From assembly GCA_028684065.1 (NCBI GenBank), contig JAQUGO010000007.1, positions 39,507-103,506 of the forward strand: a DNA stretch of 64,000 nucleotides. Direction: 5' to 3'. The position numbers and the translations under genes are program-made. The stretch is from Sulfurospirillaceae bacterium (lineage in GTDB: Bacteria > Campylobacterota > Campylobacteria > Campylobacterales > Sulfurospirillaceae). Under the pieces are notes generated by a model that did not search any database, was not told where the DNA came from, and worked only from the letters and a program-made list of their open reading frames with translations. Within the stretch, counting starts at the first letter, position 1, and every line of letters begins with the position of its first letter. Shown here in pieces: positions 53,996 to 63,816 of the stretch.

Positions 53996-54568
53996 TTATT
54001 TTACAACTATAAGTTTTTTCATAACGATTTGTTTAGGTAGAAAATTCCAGCAATAATAACTACTTGAGAATGTAATCTTATTGTTTTCAAGCCCATCAGC
54101 CATTACAAAACGCATTCTTTTGTCAAACATTAGTAGTTGCAAATCCTTTTTATCAAAAAGCTGTTTTGGGGCACTATCATTAAGCCATGTATTACTCATA
54201 ATAAGTGCAAAGGGCTTATTAAAACTTAAAGCTCTTTCAAATATCTTACGTTTATTTGTAAAGGGTGGATTACTGATAATTATGTCCCATTTTCTTGGCT
54301 CATAGGTAAAAAAATCTTTATTTTCATTGATATGACTGTGTATAACTTTATTTTTATATGATATTTGTTTGACAAACTCACTTTGTTTTGTATCAAAAGG
54401 GCACCATACAATGGCATCTTTGGGTATAAACTCCAAAATAGCTTCAACGGCATATCCAGGCGTATAACATTCATCATTATTGCCAGAGGAGTATAATACT
54501 TCTTTACTATTGATTTTAAATTCTTCAGACTCATTTATTTTGATTATTGGTTTAGTGTGAGCTGGCAT
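53996..54568 (-). CDS. small N6-adenine methyltransferase-like protein (NPPF motif), no adjacent nuclease
   Basis: DIIISNPPFTNK, with an upstream ECYTPGYAV...VWCPFD arrangement that resembles phage Dam-type MTases. Confidence 0.55.
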   Translation of the reverse strand: MPAHTKPIIKINESEEFKINSKEVLYSSGNNDECYTPGYAVEAILEFIPKDAIVWCPFDTKQSEFVKQISYKNKVIHSHINENKDFFTYEPRKWDIIISNPPFTNKRKIFERALSFNKPFALIMSNTWLNDSAPKQLFDKKDLQLLMFDKRMRFVMADGLENNKITFSSSYYCWNFLPKQIVMKKLIVVK

Positions 54569-54635
54569 TATTCTTCTTTATTATATCATTTAGGTCATTA
54601 CGACACTATATAGTATTTTAAAATTATAATTATTA

Positions 54636-56009
54636 ATGTCATTATATCTTTTTTTAATTTATTCGAAAATGTCAAGAGACAATTTTAAGCAAACTTTATC
54701 CCAAACTTTCGTTATACTCCCCTCTATGAAAAATTTCACTTTACATTCACATTATGATGTCATTATAATTGGTTCTGGTCCTGCTGGACTAGGTGCCGCA
54801 TTTAAAATCGCTGAAAACTCAAATTTATCACTCTTGTTAGTTGAAAAAAAGAAAATTAGCTCTGGCGGTTTGCGGAATGACTGTAAACAAAACTATACTT
54901 TCCCTGTTGGATTTCCTTATGAACATTGGGATAAAAAAAGTGCAGAACCTTTACTCAGAGAAGTTGCTGAACATCTAAATCCCAAAATCGAATCAAGAGT
55001 TAATGTTGAGAAGTATATCAAACGTGCAGAAAAAATTGGTGTTGAAATTCTTGCTATTGACCAATCACACGTTGGCACCGATAAATCCTCCGAACTTATT
55101 CGTAGTTTACTAGAAAAATTAGAAGCCTTACATGTCAACATTGCATTACAAACAGAAGTTAAAGAGTTATCGGAAAAAGCTAAAGAGTTATCGTTAGAAA
55201 ATGGTCAAGTTATCACCTTTAATCATCTTATAGTAGCACCAGGACGTGCCGATTATGATTGGCTTCAAGAACAAATGAATAGGCTTGGTGTGAGTTATTG
55301 TGATAATATTGTGGATATCGGTGTTCGCATTGAAACGAAAGAGGAAAACTACCCTATTGTTCGTGACTATTATGATCCTAAAATCCTTTTTCCTAATAAA
55401 GTGAGAACCTTTTGTACCAACTCTGGATGTGCTCATATTGTTCGTGAAAAGTATAAAGGCTACTATTCGGTTAATGGACATTCTCTCTCAAAAGAGAATG
55501 AACGCAATGACTTAGTGAACTTTGCAATGCTAAAAACCATACGCTTAACACAACCTGTAGTGAGTGGTCAACAATTTGGAAAAATTTTAGGTGAGATGGT
55601 CATGCAACTGAGCGGTGGTTCTGTCATTATGCAACGTGTAGGTGATTTCAGAATGGGCTCTCGAAGTAAAGAAGAAACCTTCAATAACGATTTATACGAC
55701 TTTGAGCCTACTCTTAAAAGTGCCGTTGCGGGGGATTTGTCTTTATGTATGCCCGCTAAAATTTTACGAGATATTTGGAAAGCACTTAAAATGCTTGATA
55801 CGATTATTCCTGGTGTTTTACATCCATCAACCATTATCTATTATCCTGAAATAAAAACGTACTCTAATAAACCACAATTTATCAATGATCATTTTATGGT
55901 AAAAGAAGGTTATTATATTATCGGCGATGGAGCTGGAACAAGTCGAGGTATTACTGCCGCTTGGGCTTCTGGTATTCGTGCTGCAATCGGGATATTAGAT
56001 AAAAGATAA
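54636..56009 (+). CDS. FAD-dependent oxidoreductase
   Basis: Dinucleotide-binding fold YDVIIIGSGPAGLGAA. The real start is probably internal (ATG at 54726, MKNFTLH). Confidence 0.7.
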   Translation: MSLYLFLIYSKMSRDNFKQTLSQTFVILPSMKNFTLHSHYDVIIIGSGPAGLGAAFKIAENSNLSLLLVEKKKISSGGLRNDCKQNYTFPVGFPYEHWDKKSAEPLLREVAEHLNPKIESRVNVEKYIKRAEKIGVEILAIDQSHVGTDKSSELIRSLLEKLEALHVNIALQTEVKELSEKAKELSLENGQVITFNHLIVAPGRADYDWLQEQMNRLGVSYCDNIVDIGVRIETKEENYPIVRDYYDPKILFPNKVRTFCTNSGCAHIVREKYKGYYSVNGHSLSKENERNDLVNFAMLKTIRLTQPVVSGQQFGKILGEMVMQLSGGSVIMQRVGDFRMGSRSKEETFNNDLYDFEPTLKSAVAGDLSLCMPAKILRDIWKALKMLDTIIPGVLHPSTIIYYPEIKTYSNKPQFINDHFMVKEGYYIIGDGAGTSRGITAAWASGIRAAIGILDKR

Positions 56010-56087
56010 ACACTATTGTAAGACTGTAGCAAAACTTTTGCTATAATCAACATTATTTAATTTACTCTACATGTAAGGAATATTTTA

Positions 56088-56255
56088 ATGCAAAACGCGA
56101 TTTTTGATGATTTAAAAGTGCTAAAAGATAAACTCAACCAAGAAGAAAAAGAGAGTAATGCTAAAAAAGTCGAAGCACTGAAAAATGAAAAAGAAAAAAA
56201 ATTACAAAATGATTTTTTGCAATTTATGAAAAATTCTGGAATAAAAAAACTTTAG
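56088..56255 (+). CDS. possible 55-aa K/E-rich small protein
   Basis: My own translation (MQNAIFDDLKVLKDKLNQEEKE...). AAGGA lies upstream and TATAAT lies near 56041. Confidence 0.3.
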   Translation: MQNAIFDDLKVLKDKLNQEEKESNAKKVEALKNEKEKKLQNDFLQFMKNSGIKKL

Positions 56256-56263
56256 ATGCATCT

Positions 56264-56989
56264 ATGACTAGTATATCCAGAATTGTTGAATTTTCTACTT
56301 TAGAAACAAACTGTTCATATTTAGATAATCATCGAACAAGAATGTCTTACAAATACATAGAGAATGCTTCTATGGAGCTTAACCATGCTTTGGTTGAACG
56401 TGGTTGGCGTCGTTTTGGTAAATATTATTCAAGGCCACAGTGCCCAAACTGTAACCAATGCCTTAATCTTCGTATCGATGCACAGAATTATCATTTTGGT
56501 AAATCGGCTAAAAAAGCATTTAAAAAGGCAGAAGGTATTAGTTATGTCATACAGAATCCTACTCTGAGTACCGAACATCTCAATCTTTATGATAAATACC
56601 ATCGTCATATGCAAATTAAACGTGGTTGGCAGTACCATTTTCTAAAACCTCAAAGCTACCATGAACTGTATGTCAGTGGAGCCAATACTTTTGGAAAAGA
56701 AGTTCTATACTTCTATTATGATAAACTTATTGGTGTTGATTTGATTGATTTTGTTGATAATGGTATCTCTTCAATTTATTTCTATTATGATCCTGATTTT
56801 GAAAAATATTCATTAGGCCGTCTTTCAATCTATGAACAAATTAGACTCGCAAAAGAGTATGGTTTGGAGTGGATATACCTTGGTTACTATGTCGAAGGCT
56901 GCCAAAGCTTACAGTACAAAGCACACTACACTCCTTATCAGCTTTTGCAAGGAGCCCCAGCTTTAGATGAAGATGCTATTTGGTTATAA
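56264..56989 (+). CDS. bpt: arginyl/leucyl-tRNA--protein transferase (ATE/Bpt family)
   Basis: GWRRFGKYYSRPQCPNCNQC and YLGYYV motifs. Confidence 0.75.
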   Translation: MTSISRIVEFSTLETNCSYLDNHRTRMSYKYIENASMELNHALVERGWRRFGKYYSRPQCPNCNQCLNLRIDAQNYHFGKSAKKAFKKAEGISYVIQNPTLSTEHLNLYDKYHRHMQIKRGWQYHFLKPQSYHELYVSGANTFGKEVLYFYYDKLIGVDLIDFVDNGISSIYFYYDPDFEKYSLGRLSIYEQIRLAKEYGLEWIYLGYYVEGCQSLQYKAHYTPYQLLQGAPALDEDAIWL

Positions 56990-57044
56990 TATTTGGAACC
57001 TTTTTTGCTTTGACTGAAGTAACACTCTGTCAAAGGATGCATCA

Positions 57045-57878
57045 ATGCAAATTTCTCTTTCACATGATATGCTTGCAATTACACTACAAGAAGATGCTAA
57101 AACATTTTATTTTTTGCAAAATTTAGCCGAGAAAAACTTCCAAAAAAAAATAGGTCGAAAAACAAAAACTATTATATTTAAAGAAGAAGCAGAGCTTGTA
57201 CAACGAAGATACTTTTTAAAACTTGTTAGTAAGATTTACCAGAAAAAAACAAATGATATTGCTGTTTGTAATAAGATTGAAAATGCACTTGATAAAACTA
57301 TTAAGATTTCATTACTTAAGTCAAATCAACTCTTACAACATATTGATATCAAAATGAATATTGAAGATAATTATGCAGTGGTTTTTTCAATAGGAACACA
57401 TCATACATTATTGGCCTCATATCTTAAAAATTATTTTAAAGATCATTTGATACGCTTTAGACCTAAATATCAAACTATTACACTTTACCCAAATTCTGAA
57501 CAAACAGTATGTTTAATTGAAAAACTGCTTTTGCAAAAAGAGCTCCTAGGCTGTTTCGTCCACTTTGACTATAATAAACAAAATTTTATTGACTATAAAA
57601 AAGCACTCAATTCAAAAAAATCTAAACGAAATCACCATCATGCACTTTTTTCTCTATTAGAAGACTATTTTCGTGTTTTAGAGTGTAAAATGGAAGATTC
57701 ATTTGAAACTGTTAGGGGTAATTATCTTAAATTAGTGAAAAAATACCACCCTGATAGTTGTGGTTTAAGCCATGGTGATTTACATGTAATGTATTTAAAA
57801 AAGTTTCAAGAAATTCAATATGCTTATGAAATGATTAAAATGCACTATAAAAATGAATCAGCTTTGAGAATTGCTTAA
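57045..57878 (+). CDS. protein with C-terminal J domain
   Basis: YLKLVKKYHPD contains the HPD motif. Confidence 0.6.
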   Translation: MQISLSHDMLAITLQEDAKTFYFLQNLAEKNFQKKIGRKTKTIIFKEEAELVQRRYFLKLVSKIYQKKTNDIAVCNKIENALDKTIKISLLKSNQLLQHIDIKMNIEDNYAVVFSIGTHHTLLASYLKNYFKDHLIRFRPKYQTITLYPNSEQTVCLIEKLLLQKELLGCFVHFDYNKQNFIDYKKALNSKKSKRNHHHALFSLLEDYFRVLECKMEDSFETVRGNYLKLVKKYHPDSCGLSHGDLHVMYLKKFQEIQYAYEMIKMHYKNESALRIA

Positions 57879-57880
57879 TG

Positions 57881-59152
57881 CTAAAATTGTAATAAATAGA
57901 GTTTTTTCCGCTCAGATGAACTTGCGATATTAAATTGTTGCCTGTATTTCGTAATCGTACGTCTAACCATTTTGATACTAAATTTTTTCTCAATCATCTC
58001 TAAAAGCTTAATATCACTCAGAGGTTTTAATCGATTTTCCGCTTTAACTAATTCTTGCATATACTCTTTAATAGCACTGTTTGAGATATCTTCTTCTAAC
58101 GCTGTCGCAAAAAATTGCTTAAGCGGTATAACGCCACGTGAACATGATAAGTATTTTCCAGCAATAGCTCGTGATATCGTTGAGGGATTGCGTCCTAAAT
58201 CATCTGCTAGATCTTTGAGTTTCATAGGTTTGATAGCTTTACCAAAAAAGAAGTCATACTGGTATTCAACAATCATTAAACCAATTTTATAAAGCGTTGC
58301 TTTACGCATCTCAAGGGCATCAACCAAGTCTTTGGCATCTTTAATTTTTTGGGCAACAAAGGTATGAGACTCATCAACACCATCGGTGTCAATAATAATT
58401 TCAGGATAATACGCATCGTTAAGTTGTACTTCAATCACACCACTTTTATCGTAAACAAAAATATCAGGTATGACCTCTTTTTCATCTTCCAAAAAGTCTA
58501 TGGCTGGGGGATTCCTGAATTTTTTAATAACCATAAGAGCATCATGAAAATAAGGTTCTTTACCAAAAGTTTCAATTGTTTCAAAATTATTAATGAGCGT
58601 TTCAGCAAGAGTATAGACGTCATGACTAAGGTCTAAATCTTGCAATTGAAATAAAAAAGCCTCTTTAAAATCAATGGCACCAATTCCTAAAGGCTCAAGA
58701 AAAGAAAATCGTTGTCTAATTTTTTCTATTTCTTTACATGTAACATTATGTTTAGTTGCAATTTCTTCAACAGCACTATACTCAAAGTAACCCTCAGAAT
58801 TGATATTTTCAATAATGTCATAAGCAATATTTTGTGAATGAACCGTTGGAAAAAGTGGTGGATTGACCTGTTCATGCAGTACTTGAAACAATGATTTTTT
58901 ATCAAAGGTTAATGCTTCAATTGTACTTGAAACAGATTCTTTGGATATTTGTGAAAAAAAACTCTTCTTTTCAAATCTTGCATCGGCTTTTTCGCAGCCC
59001 GATTTAACTTGAATAAAGGGATTTTCTTGAACAAAAGGTTCAAGAGTTTCCACTAAAGAGTCAAGATTAGACTGTAAAATAGGTAGCCAACCTCGCAAGG
59101 TCGATGAAAATTTTTGTTTTGTGGTTTGTGTCCCTGAAACGCGTAATTTCAA
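57881..59152 (-). CDS. rpoN: RNA polymerase sigma-54 factor
   Basis: C-terminal RpoN box RRTITKYR and HTH region STISRAI. TTG start in the track. Confidence 0.9.
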   Translation of the reverse strand: MKLRVSGTQTTKQKFSSTLRGWLPILQSNLDSLVETLEPFVQENPFIQVKSGCEKADARFEKKSFFSQISKESVSSTIEALTFDKKSLFQVLHEQVNPPLFPTVHSQNIAYDIIENINSEGYFEYSAVEEIATKHNVTCKEIEKIRQRFSFLEPLGIGAIDFKEAFLFQLQDLDLSHDVYTLAETLINNFETIETFGKEPYFHDALMVIKKFRNPPAIDFLEDEKEVIPDIFVYDKSGVIEVQLNDAYYPEIIIDTDGVDESHTFVAQKIKDAKDLVDALEMRKATLYKIGLMIVEYQYDFFFGKAIKPMKLKDLADDLGRNPSTISRAIAGKYLSCSRGVIPLKQFFATALEEDISNSAIKEYMQELVKAENRLKPLSDIKLLEMIEKKFSIKMVRRTITKYRQQFNIASSSERKKLYLLQF

Positions 59153-59179
59153 ATGTGCCTACCTAATGTTGCAGAATCA

Positions 59180-59902
59180 TTAAAATTTAAAATCTTCACC
59201 CAAATAATAGGTTTTTACCAACTTGTTTTGTGCGACTTCATCGCTTGTTCCACTGGCAAGTAAGCTACCATCTTTAAGAACGTATGCTCTATCACAAATG
59301 GCTAAAGTTTCGCGGACATTATGATCTGTAATAAGAACACCTATATCTAAATTCGCAAGTTCTCGCACAATAGCCTGAATATCTGAAACAGCTATAGGAT
59401 CAACGCCCGCAAATGGTTCATCCAAAAGTAAAAATTTAGGTTGTAATACAAGGGAACGTGCTATTTCACAACGTCGTCTCTCTCCACCACTTAAACTTAC
59501 ACCATTACGTTTACGAATAGGTTCTATATTTAAAAGATTCAAAAGCTCTTCGACTCTTTTTTCAGCCTCTTCCTGCTTTTCATACACAATCTCAGCAGCT
59601 AACATAATATTATCTTCAACACTCAAATCTTTGAAAATACTTGACTCTTGTGGCAAATAACCAATACCTAATTTCGCGCGCTGGTGCAAAGGAATGGAAG
59701 TAACATTTTGATTGTCAAAATAAACTTCTCCTGCACTTGGTGCGATGAGACCACAAATCATATAAAACATTGTTGTTTTTCCAGCACCATTGGGACCAAG
59801 TAGTCCAACCACTTCACCACTTCGTACTTCAACGGAAACACCCTTGATAATTTCTGTTTTTTTAATAATTTTTTTGAGTTCTTGTATTTTAAGCGTATGC
59901 AT
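59180..59902 (-). CDS. lptB: LPS export ABC transporter ATP-binding protein
   Basis: GPNGAGKTT, LSGGERRR and LLLDEPFAGVDP motifs. Adjacent to rpoN. Confidence 0.9.
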   Translation of the reverse strand: MHTLKIQELKKIIKKTEIIKGVSVEVRSGEVVGLLGPNGAGKTTMFYMICGLIAPSAGEVYFDNQNVTSIPLHQRAKLGIGYLPQESSIFKDLSVEDNIMLAAEIVYEKQEEAEKRVEELLNLLNIEPIRKRNGVSLSGGERRRCEIARSLVLQPKFLLLDEPFAGVDPIAVSDIQAIVRELANLDIGVLITDHNVRETLAICDRAYVLKDGSLLASGTSDEVAQNKLVKTYYLGEDFKF

Positions 59903-60311
59903 TCATATCTACCTTATATGTACGTTTTAAATCATCTGTTTCTATATCGAGTGTAGCATAAGGCAAGGCAAAGCTCTGTAATATTTTTTCAAAAAATATA
60001 TCGCCCCACTCTATCAAATGATAACCCTCTTCATCAAGCTTTTCAAGTAAACCTGAGCTTAAAAAACCTTCACTTCCACATTGATAAATATCATAATGAA
60101 AAAGTTTTTGGTCATACTCATGTAAAATAGCAAATGTAGGTGAAGCTATATCTTTCTTAATCCCCAATACATTAGCAAAAGCTTTAACAAATGATGTTTT
60201 ACCACTTGCAAGATTACCTCTTAAAAGTAAAATTCCACCTTTTGGCATTTGCTGTCTTATCTCTTTTGCTAACGCTGGTAGGGTCGTTAAATCACAGCTT
60301 GTCGTATACAC
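59889..60311 (-). CDS. tsaE: tRNA t6A biosynthesis protein TsaE
   Basis: LRGNLASGKTSFVK P-loop and HYDIY motif. Size fits. Confidence 0.8.
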   Translation of the reverse strand: MYTTSCDLTTLPALAKEIRQQMPKGGILLLRGNLASGKTSFVKAFANVLGIKKDIASPTFAILHEYDQKLFHYDIYQCGSEGFLSSGLLEKLDEEGYHLIEWGDIFFEKILQSFALPYATLDIETDDLKRTYKVDMNAYA

Positions 60312-60314
60312 GCG

Positions 60315-61298
60315 TTAAACCATATAGGAAACTCTAATAATTTCACTGAGTTTATCCCATGCTTTTTTACTATCTAGTGCTTCATTCATCATTTCCATAC
60401 CTTCTTGCATATCTCTGGCTTTTTCATCTACCATTAACGCACAAGCACCATTAAGCAAAACAATATCACGTTTTGCCCCTCGTTCATCACCTCTAAGAAT
60501 ATTGCGCGTGATTTCAGCATTTTCCACACTATCACCGCCTTTTATACTTTCTAAGGTAGTCAGTTTAATGCCATACTGTTCAGGATTAATTTCACCATGT
60601 ATCATTGCTCCATTTTCGAGTGAAATATACTGTGTAATTCCGCACACACTAACTTCATCTAAACCATCAATCGAACTCAAAACCATACTACGTTTTGTAC
60701 CTAGCCGTTGTAAGGCGTTGCTAAAACGATCAATATATTCTACATCAAAAACACCAATCATCTGTTTTTGTGCCCCTGCGGGATTAGCTAGGGGGCCAAG
60801 CATATTAAAAATAGTACGATGGGATAAGCTTCTGCGTATGGGCATAATATGTTTCATGCAAGGATGATGATTCATTGCAAACATAAAAACAAAACCACTC
60901 TCTTGAAGCATTTTGATTTGTTTATCAACGCCTAAATCTAGGTTGAGCCCCAAAGATCGAAGTACATCAGCACTTCCAGATTTACTTGTAGCAGATCCAC
61001 TTCCATGTTTTGCAACTTTACACCCCAGTGACGCTAAAACAATAGACGTTGTTGTTGATATATTAAATGTACCACTTTGGTCCCCACCCGTTCCAACAAT
61101 ATCAATAATTTCATTTTGTAATGTTGGCTCTAATGTTAATTTTATACTGTGTTCGCGCATGACTGTTGCAGCGGCAGCAAGCTCATCTGCACTCTCGCCT
61201 CGTTCAAACAATTCAACTAAAAATGCAGCTGCCTCTTCTACACTTAGAGTATTATTAAAAAGCGCATCAAAACGTTTATAAGCTTCTGTATAATTCAT
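60315..61298 (-). CDS. trpD: anthranilate phosphoribosyltransferase
   Basis: DIVGTGGDQSGTFNISTT and KHGSGSATSKSGSADVL motifs. Confidence 0.9.
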   Translation of the reverse strand: MNYTEAYKRFDALFNNTLSVEEAAAFLVELFERGESADELAAAATVMREHSIKLTLEPTLQNEIIDIVGTGGDQSGTFNISTTTSIVLASLGCKVAKHGSGSATSKSGSADVLRSLGLNLDLGVDKQIKMLQESGFVFMFAMNHHPCMKHIMPIRRSLSHRTIFNMLGPLANPAGAQKQMIGVFDVEYIDRFSNALQRLGTKRSMVLSSIDGLDEVSVCGITQYISLENGAMIHGEINPEQYGIKLTTLESIKGGDSVENAEITRNILRGDERGAKRDIVLLNGACALMVDEKARDMQEGMEMMNEALDSKKAWDKLSEIIRVSYMV

Positions 61299-61543
61299 TT
61301 AATTTCCCTCACATATTCATCTTGTAAACTTTTAGGAATAGTTTTTGTTGTTGGAATCTGTAAAACTTCATAGCTAACGCTCCGCTCGAGATAGACAATT
61401 GTCAGTTTATCGCCTACTTTAACATCTTTTGAGGCCTTTACAACAACGCCATTGATGCTGACAACACCATTTTTACACATGTCTTCTGAAACAGCTCTAC
61501 GCTTGGTTAAATTGACACTATTTAAATATTTATCGACTCTCAT
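61295..61543 (-). CDS. S4-domain RNA-binding protein (Hsp15-like)
   Basis: MRVDKYLNSVNLTKRRAVSEDMCKNGVVSINGV is the S4 pattern. Confidence 0.7.
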   Translation of the reverse strand: MRVDKYLNSVNLTKRRAVSEDMCKNGVVSINGVVVKASKDVKVGDKLTIVYLERSVSYEVLQIPTTKTIPKSLQDEYVREIK

Positions 61544-61701
61544 AAACCTCTTCCTTCATTTGATGACTATTCTATCAAAAGAATATTTAAACTCTCTTTT
61601 TAGGCTTACATGTAGAGCATTTAGTCATGCATAAGCAAAGTTTTTAGTAACTTTTGATAATATCACCAAATTATATAAACAAAATGTGAGGAAATGATAC
61701 G

Positions 61702-62928
61702 ATGAAAAAAAGTGTAAAAAAAGTAGTCTTAGCATACTCTGGCGGACTTGATACCAGTATTATTTTAAAATGGCTACAAGATGAATATAAGTGTGAAGTA
61801 GTAACTTTTACTGCTGATATTGGTCAAGGTGAAGAGTTAGAACCTGCACGCAAAAAAGCTATTTCTTTGGGAATAAAACCAGAAAATATTTATATTGAAG
61901 ATTTAAAAGAAGAATTTGTAAAAAATTATGTATTTCCAATGTTTAGAGCCAACGCAATTTATGAAGGTGAATATCTTTTAGGAACATCTATTGCTCGTCC
62001 TTTAATTGCAAAACGTCAAGCTGAAATTGCAGCTATGGTAGGCGCTGATGGTGTCAGCCATGGTGCGACAGGTAAAGGAAATGACCAAGTACGTTTTGAA
62101 CTTGGCTATTTGAGTATGAACTCTGATTTAGTCATCATCGCGCCATGGCGTGAATGGGATTTAAACTCACGTGAAAAGCTTCTTGCTTATGCAGAAAAAA
62201 ATGGTATTAGTATTGAAAAAAAGCCTGGTAAATCACCCTACTCTATGGATGCAAACTTATTACATATTTCCTATGAAGGGTTAGTTCTTGAAAACCCTGC
62301 AATGGAACCTGAAGAGGACATGTGGCGTTGGACTGTAAGCCCTGAAAATGCTCCAGATTCTGCCGAAGTGATTGAATTAACATACGAGAAAGGTGATCCT
62401 GTTGCCCTTAATGGCGAAAAACTCTCTCCTGCCACTATGCTTACAAAACTCAATGAAGTTGGGTGCAAACATGGTATTGGAAGAATTGATATCGTTGAAA
62501 ATCGTTTTGTAGGAATGAAAAGTCGTGGATGCTATGAAACTCCAGGTGGCACGATTATGCTAAAAGCACACCGTGCCATTGAAAGCATCACTTTAGACCG
62601 CGAAGCGGCACATTTTAAAGATGAATTGATGCCACGTTACGCAAAAACAATTTATAATGGCTTTTGGTTTTCACCAGAGCGTGAAATGATGCAAGCAGCT
62701 ATTGATAAATCACAAGAAAATGTTAATGGAACAGTTAAAATAAAACTTTACAAAGGCAATGTATCTGTTATTGGTAGAGATTCAAAAACAAACAATCTTT
62801 TCAATGAGGCATTTTGCACCTTCGAAGAAGATGAAGTATACAACCAAAAAGATGCAGAAGGTTTTATCAAACTTAATGCCTTGCGCTTTATCATCAGTGG
62901 GAAGAACAGAAAAAAACAGGGTAACTAA
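61702..62928 (+). CDS. argG: argininosuccinate synthase
   Basis: AYSGGLDTS and the [13 protein letters not shown] signature. Confidence 0.95.
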   Translation: MKKSVKKVVLAYSGGLDTSIILKWLQDEYKCEVVTFTADIGQGEELEPARKKAISLGIKPENIYIEDLKEEFVKNYVFPMFRANAIYEGEYLLGTSIARPLIAKRQAEIAAMVGADGVSHGATGKGNDQVRFELGYLSMNSDLVIIAPWREWDLNSREKLLAYAEKNGISIEKKPGKSPYSMDANLLHISYEGLVLENPAMEPEEDMWRWTVSPENAPDSAEVIELTYEKGDPVALNGEKLSPATMLTKLNEVGCKHGIGRIDIVENRFVGMKSRGCYETPGGTIMLKAHRAIESITLDREAAHFKDELMPRYAKTIYNGFWFSPEREMMQAAIDKSQENVNGTVKIKLYKGNVSVIGRDSKTNNLFNEAFCTFEEDEVYNQKDAEGFIKLNALRFIISGKNRKKQGN

Positions 62929-62935
62929 TAAAACA

Positions 62936-63355
62936 ATGTTGGACGATGTAGGATTCAATGACAAAGATGAGGAAAAAATGTTAAGCTTAGTAAAAACAGT
63001 ACAACAGAGTTGTGAGCTTAGTTCAGATGAACTAGTCTTCTTACTTGAGTGTAGAGCTAAACAGAAAGTTGATTTTACTTTGATAGATATTCGTGAAATA
63101 TTTGAGTATACGGATATGAGCATTAAAGGAACAGACCTTCTTCTTCCTACCTCGACTATTCATGCCAATATGGATCAACTGACAAAGCGCAAAGGTAGTT
63201 TTTTAATTTTTTACTGCCGCACAGCCAATAGAACAGCGCAAATGCTCTTTATACTTCGTCGTATGGGATTTGCACATATTGCTCATTTAAGTAGAGGAAT
63301 CGTTGATTTTAGAGGTGAAAAACTCAAAAATGCTCCACTACCCAAAAACATATAA
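62936..63355 (+). CDS. rhodanese-domain protein
   Basis: Active-site loop YCRTANRTAQ. The start is trimmed to the ATG at 62936 because the track ORF start overlaps argG. Confidence 0.65.
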   Translation: MLDDVGFNDKDEEKMLSLVKTVQQSCELSSDELVFLLECRAKQKVDFTLIDIREIFEYTDMSIKGTDLLLPTSTIHANMDQLTKRKGSFLIFYCRTANRTAQMLFILRRMGFAHIAHLSRGIVDFRGEKLKNAPLPKNI

Positions 63356-63364
63356 AAAGGATGA

Positions 63365-63814
63365 TTGATGAAGGTATTATTGATTAAAGATGTCAAAGAT
63401 CTAGGCAAAAAAGGTGAACTTAAAGAAGTTAAAGATGGATACGGTCAAAATTTTCTCATTGGAAAAGGTTATGCTCTTTTAGCAACCCATGAGGTCTTGA
63501 AAAAATATGAATCAGCACAACGTAAAAAAGCCGAAGAAGATGCTCTAGAATTAGCTAATTTACACACCATAGAAAAAGAATTAGCGACATTAAAACTAAC
63601 GATTAGACGAAAACTTGGGGCCAATGGAAGTTTGTTTGGTGCGGTAACAAAAGATGAAATTGCTCACGAATTACAAGAACAACATCATATTATTCTTGAT
63701 AAAAAAAGTATTGAAATTGATAATCCAATCAAAATGACTGGTGATTTTAGTATTTTAGTTAAACTAGGTCATGGTATCCATGCTACTTTAGCACTTAATA
63801 TTATTGGAGAATAA
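63365..63814 (+). CDS. rplI: 50S ribosomal protein L9
   Basis: [31 protein letters not shown] is the canonical L9 N-terminus. Confidence 0.9.
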   Translation: MMKVLLIKDVKDLGKKGELKEVKDGYGQNFLIGKGYALLATHEVLKKYESAQRKKAEEDALELANLHTIEKELATLKLTIRRKLGANGSLFGAVTKDEIAHELQEQHHIILDKKSIEIDNPIKMTGDFSILVKLGHGIHATLALNIIGE

Positions 63815-63816
63815 AA

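Noticed and set aside
53517-54056. Track ORFs 53517..53750 and 53811..54056
   Set aside because: They have no SD, no motifs and an odd composition. The second overlaps the 3' end of the methyltransferase gene. The region has stops in most frames and may be decayed sequence.
62759-62935. Upstream extension of the rhodanese ORF
   Set aside because: It overlaps the last 170 nt of argG in another frame. The ATG at 62936, just after the argG stop, gives a normal-sized rhodanese domain protein.
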